DNA of 64,000 nucleotides from Octopus vulgaris. Its lineage: Eukaryota. The stretch covers positions 146,258,001 through 146,322,000 of the forward strand of contig OX597814.1 in NCBI GenBank assembly GCA_951406725.2, given 5' to 3'. The notes beneath the pieces were generated by a model. That model was not told where the DNA came from, did no database searches, and worked only from the letters and a program-made list of their open reading frames with translations. A program made the position numbers and the translations under genes. Of the stretch, positions 50,780-61,326 are shown piece by piece. The first letter of the stretch is position 1. The number at the start of each line of letters is the position of its first letter.

Positions 50780-52509
50780 ATCCTAAAATAATTAATTTAT
50801 CAAAAAGAGATCTTGACAATGATGAAATCCAACTTCTGTCAAAAGGACTGAAATTCACACCTACACCAACAGCCAACCACCAAGAATTAAAGGAGGATAT
50901 CCAAAAATTCTGTCGAAAATTACGACTTGTAGAATTCTTCGCTAACAAAAGTAATGAGATTGATGAATCCCTAGTAAGGAATAAATCAAATTTCACCCCA
51001 CCAAAAGGAAGAAATAACTACCTTTACCAATACATTGATATCCTGTCTAAATTTCCCCTTAGACGCAATACCAATGTTAGGCCAAACATTAGCAAATCAG
51101 AGATGTCTGCATGTAAACGTATACAAAACGATCAAACAATAATAATTAAACAAGCAGATAAAGGTGGTGCAATTGTTATTATGGATACCGAATACTATAA
51201 GGATTTGGTTGAAGACCAACTGAAGGATACAACCTTCTATTGTGAAATACCCGCAAATATAGACCACCACATCATGAAAAAGATCAACAACCTGATTTCA
51301 ACACACCACAACTCACTTACGGATAATGAAAAAGACTACATCACCAATTTTGAACCAAAACCCAGCAACTTCTACGGCTTACCAAAAATACACAAATCAA
51401 AAATCATTCAACAGGCAGTAAAAGAACAAGAAAGTGAGTACATAAAATTATTACATCCAAAAGACCTAAAACTTAGACCTATTATAGCTGGTCCAGCATG
51501 CCCTACACACCGTCTAAGCAATTTTATTGACATTGTTTTGAAACCACTATGTACTTACATACCAAGTTTCATCAGGGATGACATCGACTTCCTGTCCCAT
51601 CTTCCCAAAACAACAGAAACAAATTCAGTTTTGCTAAGTTTTGATGTGGTAAGCCTCTACACCAATATTCCACACGATTTAGGAATAAAGGCGATTAAAT
51701 ACTGGTTAGAAAAACATAGAGAAGTGATTCCCAGCAGATTCACAGTGCCATTTATATTAGACACAGTCAAACTTATTCTAGAAAATAACACATTCTTCTT
51801 CAATGGAAAGAATTACATCCAAATTAGAGGCACGGCGATGGGAACGAGGTTTGCTCCCGTTTACGCCAACTCTGTAATGGGATACTTAGAAGAACAACTC
51901 TACCAAGAGGTGGAGGTAAACTATGGCACTGGATTTAGAAAGTATATTGAAAAGGCATGGAAGAGATACCTAGACGACTGTTTCATAATCTGGACAGAAT
52001 CTCTAAATACTCTGGAAGAGTTCAATATCCTCCTGAACAACCTACACCCATCTCTCAAATTTACAAAGGAGATGAGTAGTACCAAATTACCATTCCTGGA
52101 TATAATGGTAATTAAAAAAGACACCACCATCACCACAGATATATACTATAAACACACAGACACACATCAATACCTAAATTTTAAGTCGTGCCATCCACCA
52201 CATACAAAACGTAACATCCCATACTGCCTAGCCAGAAGAATTTGTACTATTGTAGAAGATGCAAATATCAGGAACAAACGCCTAATAGAACTAAGAGAAT
52301 TTTTGCTCAAACAAAAATACCCATCTCTACTTATAGAAAATGGCATACAGCGGGCTATAAAAATACCTATACAACAACTTAAGACAACCCAAGGAAGAGG
52401 AAAACAAGAACAAGTCATACCATTCATAGTGACACACAACCCATGTCACCAGAATATCTTCAACATTGCCAAAGCAAACCTACCAATCATTGCCCAAAGT
52501 AATGAATAA
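50686..52509 (+). CDS. PLE reverse transcriptase (frame open from 50686; first ATG at 51103)
   Basis: Same motifs as the left arm. Confidence 0.95.
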   Translation, partial: PEKNPFFYVRTTNTGERKNPRGNIPQTTERIDPKIINLSKRDLDNDEIQLLSKGLKFTPTPTANHQELKEDIQKFCRKLRLVEFFANKSNEIDESLVRNKSNFTPPKGRNNYLYQYIDILSKFPLRRNTNVRPNISKSEMSACKRIQNDQTIIIKQADKGGAIVIMDTEYYKDLVEDQLKDTTFYCEIPANIDHHIMKKINNLISTHHNSLTDNEKDYITNFEPKPSNFYGLPKIHKSKIIQQAVKEQESEYIKLLHPKDLKLRPIIAGPACPTHRLSNFIDIVLKPLCTYIPSFIRDDIDFLSHLPKTTETNSVLLSFDVVSLYTNIPHDLGIKAIKYWLEKHREVIPSRFTVPFILDTVKLILENNTFFFNGKNYIQIRGTAMGTRFAPVYANSVMGYLEEQLYQEVEVNYGTGFRKYIEKAWKRYLDDCFIIWTESLNTLEEFNILLNNLHPSLKFTKEMSSTKLPFLDIMVIKKDTTITTDIYYKHTDTHQYLNFKSCHPPHTKRNIPYCLARRICTIVEDANIRNKRLIELREFLLKQKYPSLLIENGIQRAIKIPIQQLKTTQGRGKQEQVIPFIVTHNPCHQNIFNIAKANLPIIAQSNE

Positions 52510-52533
52510 AAAGACATAATCAAGGATCGAGCT

Positions 52534-53013
52534 ATGGTGCTTAGTAAAAGACAGCCTAAAAACTTGAAAACATTACTAACAAAGGCAAAATTTGACCTCA
52601 GCAACAAAGACCAAACATTCACGGTATCTAAATGCAATGATAGCCGATGTGGCACATGCCAATTCATACATACCGGTCAATATATAAACACAAAAACCGG
52701 GAAAATATTCACAAACGCGAATATGAACTGCAAAAGCAGAAATTTAATTTACTGCATCAAATGCCCAAATTGTGAAGAAATATATGTAGGTCAGACGGGA
52801 AACGCACTATTAGAACGCTCACGTGTACACCGGCAACAGATTAGAGACCCAGAGGTCCGTCAGATACCTTTGAGTAACCACCTAGCAACATGTGGTCGGA
52901 AAATATATATAATATTTCCATTCTACAAATTACACAGCCCAAGTGAAATCGAGAGGAAAATCAGAGAAAAGAATTTTATTGATAAATTCGAACCCAAGCT
53001 AAATAAGCAATAA
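52534..53013 (+). CDS. PLE Cys-rich linker and GIY-YIG endonuclease, same frame as RT after TAA 52507-52509
   Basis: Reads aat gaa TAA aaa gac ata atc aag gat cga gct atg. Confidence 0.9.
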   Translation: MVLSKRQPKNLKTLLTKAKFDLSNKDQTFTVSKCNDSRCGTCQFIHTGQYINTKTGKIFTNANMNCKSRNLIYCIKCPNCEEIYVGQTGNALLERSRVHRQQIRDPEVRQIPLSNHLATCGRKIYIIFPFYKLHSPSEIERKIREKNFIDKFEPKLNKQ

Positions 53014-53330
53014 TAATAATACTTAGAGGTATTACTTCCACTGCTACGACCATGACCACTAACAACAACAACAATACTAAAGGTGATCAAGACGAAGATA
53101 GCAGGAAAATTATCTTATTTAGGGTTAAAAGTTCTATTGCCACCACCATCACCACTAGCAACAATAATTAAGGTGCTGACAATGATGATGATGACAATTG
53201 AAATATAAAAATATAAAAATCTCTGACAAAGGATATTTACAACATTTCTAAAAATAACCCAACAATTGCTGCTTCGGCCAGGGTCAAGATACAGGACTCT
53301 TGACCTGTCCAACAAAGCGTGATGCCTAAA

Positions 53331-53444
53331 CCAATCAGCTCAACCAACCAATCAGCTTAAGTAATTGAGTGATACTACACACTGATTGGTCAGAATACAG
53401 TTTGCAAAACCTAGCACTCTGGAGCCTACCCAGCTGTATTTATA
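53331..53444 (+). promoter_or_regulatory. Candidate pseudo-LTR promoter: three CCAAT boxes and TATTTATA (mirrored at 46176-46289)
   Basis: ccaatcagc twice (53331, 53348), ctgattgg (about 53382), TATTTATA at 53437-53444 (TATAAATA on minus). Confidence 0.4.
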
Positions 53445-53507
53445 GCACAGAATCACTCATCTTGCTACAGTCAAAAATTGTGAAGCATGACTGTCAACAC
53501 TACTACA

Positions 53508-53552
53508 TGAACCCGAAGATTGCAGAATTCAATGCATGAAAGTACTAGTTCA
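53508..53552 (+). ncRNA. Minimal type I hammerhead-like motif in the PLE 3' region, CCGA core variant
   Basis: TGAAC-CCGAAGA-T-TGCA-gaattcaa-TGCA-T-GAAA-GTAC-TA-GTTCA: 5-bp stem I, 4-bp stem II, palindromic AGTACT. Confidence 0.62.
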
Positions 53553-53719
53553 ATCAGAATGAATATTTAACATTCTACTATTTCATTTTATTTTATTCAA
53601 TTATAATATATTATCTTATAATATATCATTATAAGATTGTAAATAAAACGTGAAAATCAGACAAGGTTGGAATTCTTTTTATTAATATATATATATATAT
53701 ATATATATACATAAATATC

Positions 53720-53985
53720 ACTCCGTCGGTTACGGCGACGAGGATTCTAGTTGATCCGAATCAACGGAACAGCCTGCTCGTGAAATTAACGTGCAAGTGG
53801 CTGAGCACTCCACAGACACGTATTCCCTTAACTAAGTTCTCGGAGAGAATCAGCGTGACACAGTGTGGGGCAAGGCTGGCTCTTTCAAATACAGTACAAC
53901 AGACACAGGAAGAAACAGTGAAAGTTGTGGTGAAAAGTACAGCAGGGTTCGCCACCACCACGTGTCGGAAATTCGTGGAGCGTTA
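53720..53985 (+). mobile_element. GC-richer interspersed repeat fragment (probably SINE body)
   Basis: Sharp composition change after (TA)n; gcctgctcgtgaaattaacgtgcaagtggctgagcactccacagacacg recalled as a cephalopod repeat, not verified. Confidence 0.4.
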
Positions 53986-54075
53986 GATTTTTTCGCTAAA
54001 TAAACGCTTACAGTATTTTCATTTAATTTTATGCATTTTTTTGCTATTATTTTATAATAATTAGTTGTGTCAGCC

Positions 54076-55465
54076 ATGGATCCTAAGATGGTTAGTGCAA
54101 AGGATAATGCTGAGAAAAAAGAAAAAGCTGATTGCGATAGAATTGAAGAAGGAATTCTCTGATAAATAAGAGAGAGGAGTGTATGTAGTGGACATAGCAT
54201 ATTGATACGACCGAAACAAGTCGATGATCTTCACCATCCCGAATAAAAAAGGACGAGATCAAAGCCGTTGCAACAACATAGGATCTGTCCAGGCTCACTA
54301 AGCAACGCACATGTGACCACGAAATTATGGTAAAATAGTTCTATGGATCAACGAGAAGCAACCCGCAGCGCATACGATTACAGAGACCATCATCTGCGAG
54401 AAATCGCGAACGCTGTATTAGGATCTCCTGAAGCAGAACCCTGGAACATTACAGGACTGGTGTTTATAGCGTCGTCAGGTATGGAGAAGCAGCGAGTTGT
54501 GACACGAAGGCACCTGAATATTTCTTACGCAAATCCCGTCAGCTCATCGCAACCGAGGATTGCACCACACAACAAGTATTCAACTGTGCTGAAACTGGCC
54601 TCTTTTTGTGGGAAAAATGTCCAGACAAACCTACATAACTGTAGATCAGAAGAAAATGCCAGGCCACAAGCGTATGAAAGATAGGCTAACTCTCACCCTT
54701 TGTGCCAATGCGAGTGGAGACTTGAATATTAAGCCGCTCCTTGTCTACCATTTCAAGTCGCACAAAATTTTGTTGCAGGTCATATGGAGTGCAAACATCA
54801 AAGCCGGGGTCACCAGGCAATTTTTCTCCAAGTGGGTCAACCTTGTATTCGGACCAGCAATGGAAAAGTACCTTCTGGAGAACAATCTTCCTCTCAAAGC
54901 TTCTGCTCACCCTCCTAACCTCGAGGATGATATCCTGGACGAATTAAAATTTAGAAACGTTATTTACATTACTTGCAGCACCACCCCTACCTCGCAGCCC
55001 ATGGACTAACAGGTGATTTCTAATTTTAAAAAAAATTGTACACCATACAACTGTTTCGTCGGTGCTTGGAAGTCACCGAAAACACAAATCTAACCTTCCG
55101 TGACTTTTGGGAAGATTACTACAGCATAGGAAATTGCCTGAAAATCATCGATATGACCTGACAGGGTGTAACGCAGAGTTCTGCATGGAAGAAACTGCTG
55201 CTTGGCTGCATATCCGAAAGAAAATTCGAGGGGTTTCAGTGCGAGACTTGTCTCTTGGCAAGTCCATGGGCATCGAGGTTTGTTGAGGGAATATTAACGA
55301 TCCCGTCAAGGAACACTCAGTGGAGCTGACGACAGATGAACTCCTGCAGCATCAGGAGCAGCAACATTTGGATGCGGTGGAAGGGATTGGTTCTATGGCG
55401 GAGGACAGTGTAGCAGAGAATGTTATCACCACGAGTGACATAAAGGCAGTGATAGCAAAGTGACG
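54076..55465 (+). pseudogene. Tigger/pogo (TIGD1-like, DDE_1) transposase remnant
   Basis: MDPK..., QQVFNCAETGLF, TYIT..K.MPGHK.MKDRLTLTLCANASGD..KPLLVYH, QPMD; multiple frameshifts and stops. Confidence 0.88.
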
Positions 55466-55519
55466 TTACGAAAAGCTAGCAAATTCTATGGTTTATTAGT
55501 TAAAAACAAGAACTCACAT

Positions 55520-56877
55520 GTTGACAGCCAGAACATTAACTATCCTTAGTGATGTATTTTATCGCCACTTGACAGTTCTGAATCCACCAGAAACCGCTTT
55601 GACAGCATTTTTCAAATGCCAATGTGATCCGTTTGCCCGAACACTGTTGAAGACCCCGTGTACTATACCTGGGAACACAATAGATTGAACAGACGCAATC
55701 AAGGAACACTCGTTGACAGCTGGGAAGAAGATACTGTCTTCAGAAGTGCACCCTAATCAGCGGGAATGCTTCTTTCTGCGTCTATTGATGCACACTATCA
55801 GGAGACCTTCGAAGATAAATTGTGGACGTCTGCACGACCAAACATGGACTACTGGTGAACGATACACACTGGGACCAGACACTGGAGGAGGCAGCACCAA
55901 GTCAACTGCGCCAGCTATATTCTATCACGTTGATGACATGTGGTTTGGGTGAAACTCTCATGATTTGGGTGACACACGAAACGAGCATTCAAACAAAGGA
56001 TTCAAAGGCAAACCTCAGCGGAAATTGCAACGTTCAATAACGTCATTTACAATGAGGCATTACTTGACCTGGACACCCAAGTACAAGCTATGGAAGGTCA
56101 AAGCATTGCCACATTTGGTCTGCTTCAACTGGAGCAGGCGGCAAACAATATCGCAATTGAGTACCTGCGAGAAATCAGCTGTGATATCGAGGAAAAGACA
56201 GCATGTGTAGCTGATATCGAACACAAATTGATAGAGTACCAACTGGGGGTTTATAAGACCATTATTTCGAGCATTGAAAGTTAAAGGAGTCTTGTATTTC
56301 TAGCAGCTCCAGGTGGAACTGGCCAAACATTTATCATGAACTTTCTTCTGGCTAAACCGCGCCAAATGAAACACGTTGCCATCGCAGAGGCAAAGCTGCA
56401 ACTCTGCTAAGTGGTGGCCGCACAGCTCATTCCTGTTTCAGTGAATTATCCATTTGAATTCTTGAATAGTCAAACACCACCCGGTCTCCTACCTCACAAC
56501 TTTCACCTCAAGATTGGGGCACTAGTTATGCAGCTTCGAAATCTCGATCCACCAATGCTTTACAAAAGTACACGACTTATAATAAAGCAGATGATGCCAA
56601 CAGTCTTGGAGCATTATTCATTCCACTTATTTCCTAGGATATGCCTTTTCAGTACAAGTGCCTGTAATTCCCGCTGAAACCGAACTTTGCAATGAGCATT
56701 AACAAAGTACAGGGGCAGTTCTTGGATGTGGTAGGTCTGAACCTTGCGGAACCAGTTTTCTCCCATGACCAACTTTATGTGGGATGCTCAAGAGTCGACA
56801 ATCCTAAACATTTGTTTCTTTATGCCCCACAAGGAAAGACCAAAAATGTAGCTTATCAAGAAGTTCTGCAACTTTGA
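55520..56877 (+). pseudogene. Helitron RepHel (PIF1-like helicase) remnant with internal deletion
   Basis: VHPNQRECFFLRLL, FLAAPGGTGQTF, GGRTAHS, YPFEFLNS..PPGL.PH...LKIGA, FAMSINKVQGQ, VFSHDQLYVGCSRV, TKNVAY.EVL. Confidence 0.88.
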
Positions 56878-57491
56878 TAACACCAAATCATAAGGTATCT
56901 ATTATCTAGCTGTGATATTTGTAAGTGTTGTAGATATATTGATATTCTACATGCTATTTTATTTTAAAATCTATATGTAATTTTATTTGTATGTCTACTG
57001 TAAATCTAAATGTCAGTGTGTATCAACAATCATTTGTGAATCTCTTTCACCACAAGAACCCCTAAGGGTTATTTTCTCTATGAACGCACAAAAGCCCTTT
57101 TCAGAGTTATTTACTTTGAATTGTTATTATCTCATATCCGATTAGCCTGCTATTAAGTAACATGCTTCACGATTTTGGTATACATAAATTATTGGTATTT
57201 CCTCCTAAGTTCTATATACTTTGAGAACCCATTAAAGTAGCCCCGGAAAGAGGCTACTTTATTTCAATTCTTCCTATCGGGTATTATGTAGTTGACTTTA
57301 CGATTTGGGTATTCATAACTTATTGGGATTTCCTAAAAACAAATCCAATGTAAGACAGTTCGGTATTCTCTGTAAATGCACAAAAACCGTTTTAAGGGCT
57401 ACATACATTGTATTGTTGCTATTGGATTAGGGAAACAATTATTAGAATGGAAAAGCCCCGTTTTTACAGGAATTACGGTACGTCAGTTAAT

Positions 57492-57504
57492 ACACACACA
57501 CAAA

Positions 57505-57573
<69 letters not shown>

Positions 57574-57652
57574 CGTATATGTTTCTGTATGTGCATATGT
57601 ATATATATATGTACGTGCATATATATATGCGTGTGTGTGTTTGTGTGCATAT
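57492..57652. repeat. (TA)n(GA)n(TG)n microsatellite
   Basis: Direct reading. Confidence 0.9.
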
Positions 57653-60600
57653 AAAACCACATCCTAACATCTAATTACAAGAATCCATTCCTTTGCAAAC
57701 AAATTAAACACAGAAACATCAGGATTGTCACACTATGGGCATTTGTCCGATTAGACTATGAATTTGAGACCAACCAGCAGCAAAGATTCGAATGTAAATA
57801 TTTTCAATTGTTCTTACTGACGTTTCTAATTTCAAATACACTGAATAAAATTCAGGCAATTACATGGTAGGCTCCTTTCTAAATTGATATGCCCTCTAAC
57901 AACTTTGTGTTTTAGTAGATATTACTGAATATAAGAAAATGTTTCGCTGACATAAAAACAGAAAGCAGCCAAAAATATTCATCTATGCTATGTTGCTAAA
58001 CAGCCAAAATAGTTGAAAGTAAAGTATTATGATGCAATCTAATGTATAACTGCCGCCACTCTCAAACTAATTTGGCAACAAAATACGAAGTGATGATTAT
58101 TTAATATCCTAATTGCTCGGTAATGTGTTGTTCTATAACTGTTATATTGGCAACATTCCGTATCATGAATACCGATAAATATGTAGTAATTTTCATTGTA
58201 GCAAGGTAATGTTTTAGCATACTTAAATAACAAGTGAATGCATTCAAACTTATTTGTAACTTTTAGCCCATTTATATTTGATAAAAAAGAAGTAATTTAA
58301 ACGTAAACTATTAACCAATTCTCTCCTTGATTCGATTTACATTTTTGAACATGAGAATTTGACTTAAGTTCCTGTATCCTCAGATGATGTACTAATTATT
58401 AACCTTCTATACTGATGTAGGTAATCCAATTCTTATACGACATATTAGATCTGTAGTTTATATCTAATACGAAATAATTCTCAGATATTTATTTGTCGTT
58501 TCACCGAATACATACTTTGAGAATATTTGAGATATTTCAGTGAAGGTTCCAAAATGATAGAAAACATCCTGTAGCTGCATTTGTTTGATTCCTAAATCAC
58601 ATTTTAGTCTAATGAAAACAATTATATTTAAAGGAAAAATCACAGAATGATATTCACAATTATTACACATTTAATATCATTAGGAAGATTTTTTTTGTAT
58701 TTAATCAATTGGAAATTAGATTTCAATCCCTATAACAGCGAAATAAATATTTGTATTAAGATATTCCGATAAGTACAATAATTATGTATACGTTAACTTG
58801 CTTGTGCCTTTTATATATATTAGATTACAACTTTCGATTTTTCTCATTCAATTTTTTTTATAGCTCAAAATTATATTCGATGAATTATAATCCTCCCTAA
58901 CTTGCCATAAAAATCAGTTTTTGCTAAAATGCAATAAAACTGAGAAAAGCAAAGCATCAAATAAATTCCGTATGGTATTGGGTTCCTCAACTGACACATA
59001 AAAAGAAATTGAGTTCGTGAACGCTGTTGTATAGTTTGTATATCGTCTATAAACGGCAATTAATATGAAGGGGGAAAACGCTGAAGCAACAAATAACTAT
59101 AGTGCCTCCATTACACATGCTAGGCTAAAGAAAGTGACACGACGGAAAAATGCATGGAATAATGAAAGGAACATAATATTACTTATCTTTTATTACGTAC
59201 TTATCTACTTATCTTCTGTAATGAGAATTTCGCACCGCCGAGTTCTTGAACACAGTTATGAAGATCCTTACGCTGTTCTATTAATGATCGATAAATTTAG
59301 TGTTGTCAGCCTAAACTAATTTATTTTTGGTCATGCGTCCGTATGCATATACCATTGTTATTTAAATGCTTATAAGATAATAATTGTAATGATCTTTATA
59401 TACAACAGAATATTACAGGACAGATCTTAGAGAGGATAATTTAAATCGAGATGGAAATTATCAAAGAGAATACAGCTTTATTTGTTAATTTTATAGATGG
59501 TGCAAGATAATTATCTAAATGAAACAATGTATTACATGATATGTCATATTAAATACAAATTACATAATTGGAAATAACCATTAAAATGATGACCTCCAAA
59601 CTGAAATTCTGCACTTTGTCCTGAGACAAGATACATAAAGGAGATCAAGTTGTCGTTGTTTATGTCCGAAGAAACTCTAGAAAACCAAATGTGTGATCAC
59701 CCATATTATGGCCATCATCATGCTAACTTTATTTCAGATATATTCAGCAGATTACCAGAGAAATCAATGGACAATGTATCCTTTGTTCTAAACAGTAGCG
59801 TGTAATTTCATCGAAATATCTTTAGTAAGCTAAGTTTACGAGTTGTGGCTCCTGCAAAGGAAAGTTGATGAGGGTTCGAATCCAAGGAGTGTGGCGTCAC
59901 ACAATCTCTGTTACACTAGAGAATTTTTTTATGATATCACAACGTCGCAGCAGGCGATAACCATCATCACGACACTATATGTATCTAACCAAGCAGTTTT
60001 GTTCTTTTTTTTCCTAAATCAACAGATCCGAACTTATATTACTCAATATACAAATTCATGTTCAAATCATTAATTTTTATGAGCTAAGTTAATGTTCGCG
60101 TAAAACACAAGGAAATACAATAACAAATAGGAAAAAAAAAAATAGATGCTTTGCGGTATATGTGTTTTCCATCCTAAATGTTTTTTTTCTTTTGTTTTCA
60201 GTAAGACGAAACGATATTGATTTGAATACAAATACAATCAATCATGCATGAAAGATTCGTTACGGGTAAAAGTTTAATTATGTTGTGAACTGATCATGAA
60301 TATCTAATGAGACGCTAAAATATAATATCTCAAGTTGTGTTATGCCGACAAACTAATTCTAGATTACAATCTTTTATATCAAAGTGGATGATTCCTGAAA
60401 CATATTTTAATCCTTTAAATACTCAAATTTGTCCTGTTATGAATACTCAATAGGGCATCACAATTAGCTATAAATAATTTTTTTAATACAAAGCTCTAAT
60501 ACATTTATGTATGATAGAGCGCTTCTATTGTTATATGAGGATTAAAACAGACCCAAGCTGCAAGAATATCGTTTGCATTTCATCTATCATTATTACACAC

Positions 60601-60756
60601 AATTATAAAGACGAAAATTCCGATAATTTATGCCGCTTTCTGACTCTCTCTCTCTCGCGCTCTCTCTGACACAGAAATACACACAACCACATATTCATAT
60701 ATGTATAGATAAATATTTATATATTTGTTTGCGTGTGTACGCCTGTATATTGCAGC

Positions 60757-60865
60757 AGGCATTTCTGTGTTGTTACGAAACACGGTTTCCAACCACATAG
60801 TTCCGATTTCAGTCCTTCTGCATGTTACCTTGGTAAAGTCTCTTCTACAATAGCCTTGACCCAAA
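60757..60865 (+). mobile_element. SINE family A, 5' fragment
   Basis: ttccaaccacatagttccgatttcagtcc...gtcttctacaatagcc. Confidence 0.65.
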
Positions 60866-60889
60866 CAATGCTTTGCATGTCTCTTTCAC

Positions 60890-61095
60890 TCCTTTACTCT
60901 TTTACTTGTTTCAGTCATTTTGACTGCAGCCATGCTGGAGCACTGCCTTTAGTCGAGCAAATCGATCCCAGGACTTATTCTTTGTAAGCCTAGTACTTAT
61001 TCTATCAATCTATGTTGCCGAAACGCTAAGTTACAGGGACGTAGACACACTAGCATCGGTTGTGAAGCGATGTTGGGTGAGACGCAAGCAACAAA

Positions 61096-61150
<55 letters not shown>

Positions 61151-61326
61151 GTGTGTGTGTATGTGTGACGGGGTTCTTTCAGTTTCCGTCTACCAAATCC
61201 ACTCACAAGGCTTGGTCGGCCCGAGGCAATAGTAGAAGACACTTGCCCAAGGTGCCACTCAGTGGGAAGGAATCTGGAACCTGTGGTTGGGAAGCAAGCT
61301 CCTTACCACATAGCCACCCCTACGCC
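60890..61326 (-). mobile_element. SINE family A, near full length
   Basis: Colinear with 13252-13667. Confidence 0.9.

Larger units (their letters stand above)
45930..53690. mobile_element. Head-to-head palindrome of two Penelope-like retroelement copies (3606-bp arms 45930-49535 and 50085-53690; 549-bp spacer)
   Basis: All ORFs mirror about a coordinate sum of 99620 with identical translations; ends and junction read directly. Confidence 0.96.

Noticed and set aside
52507-52509. Selenocysteine recoding as in Naiad PLEs
   Set aside because: The stop is TAA, not TGA, and the endonuclease is C-terminal.
46953-52667. Short antisense ORFs inside the PLE arms
   Set aside because: Shadow frames of the RT and upstream ORFs.
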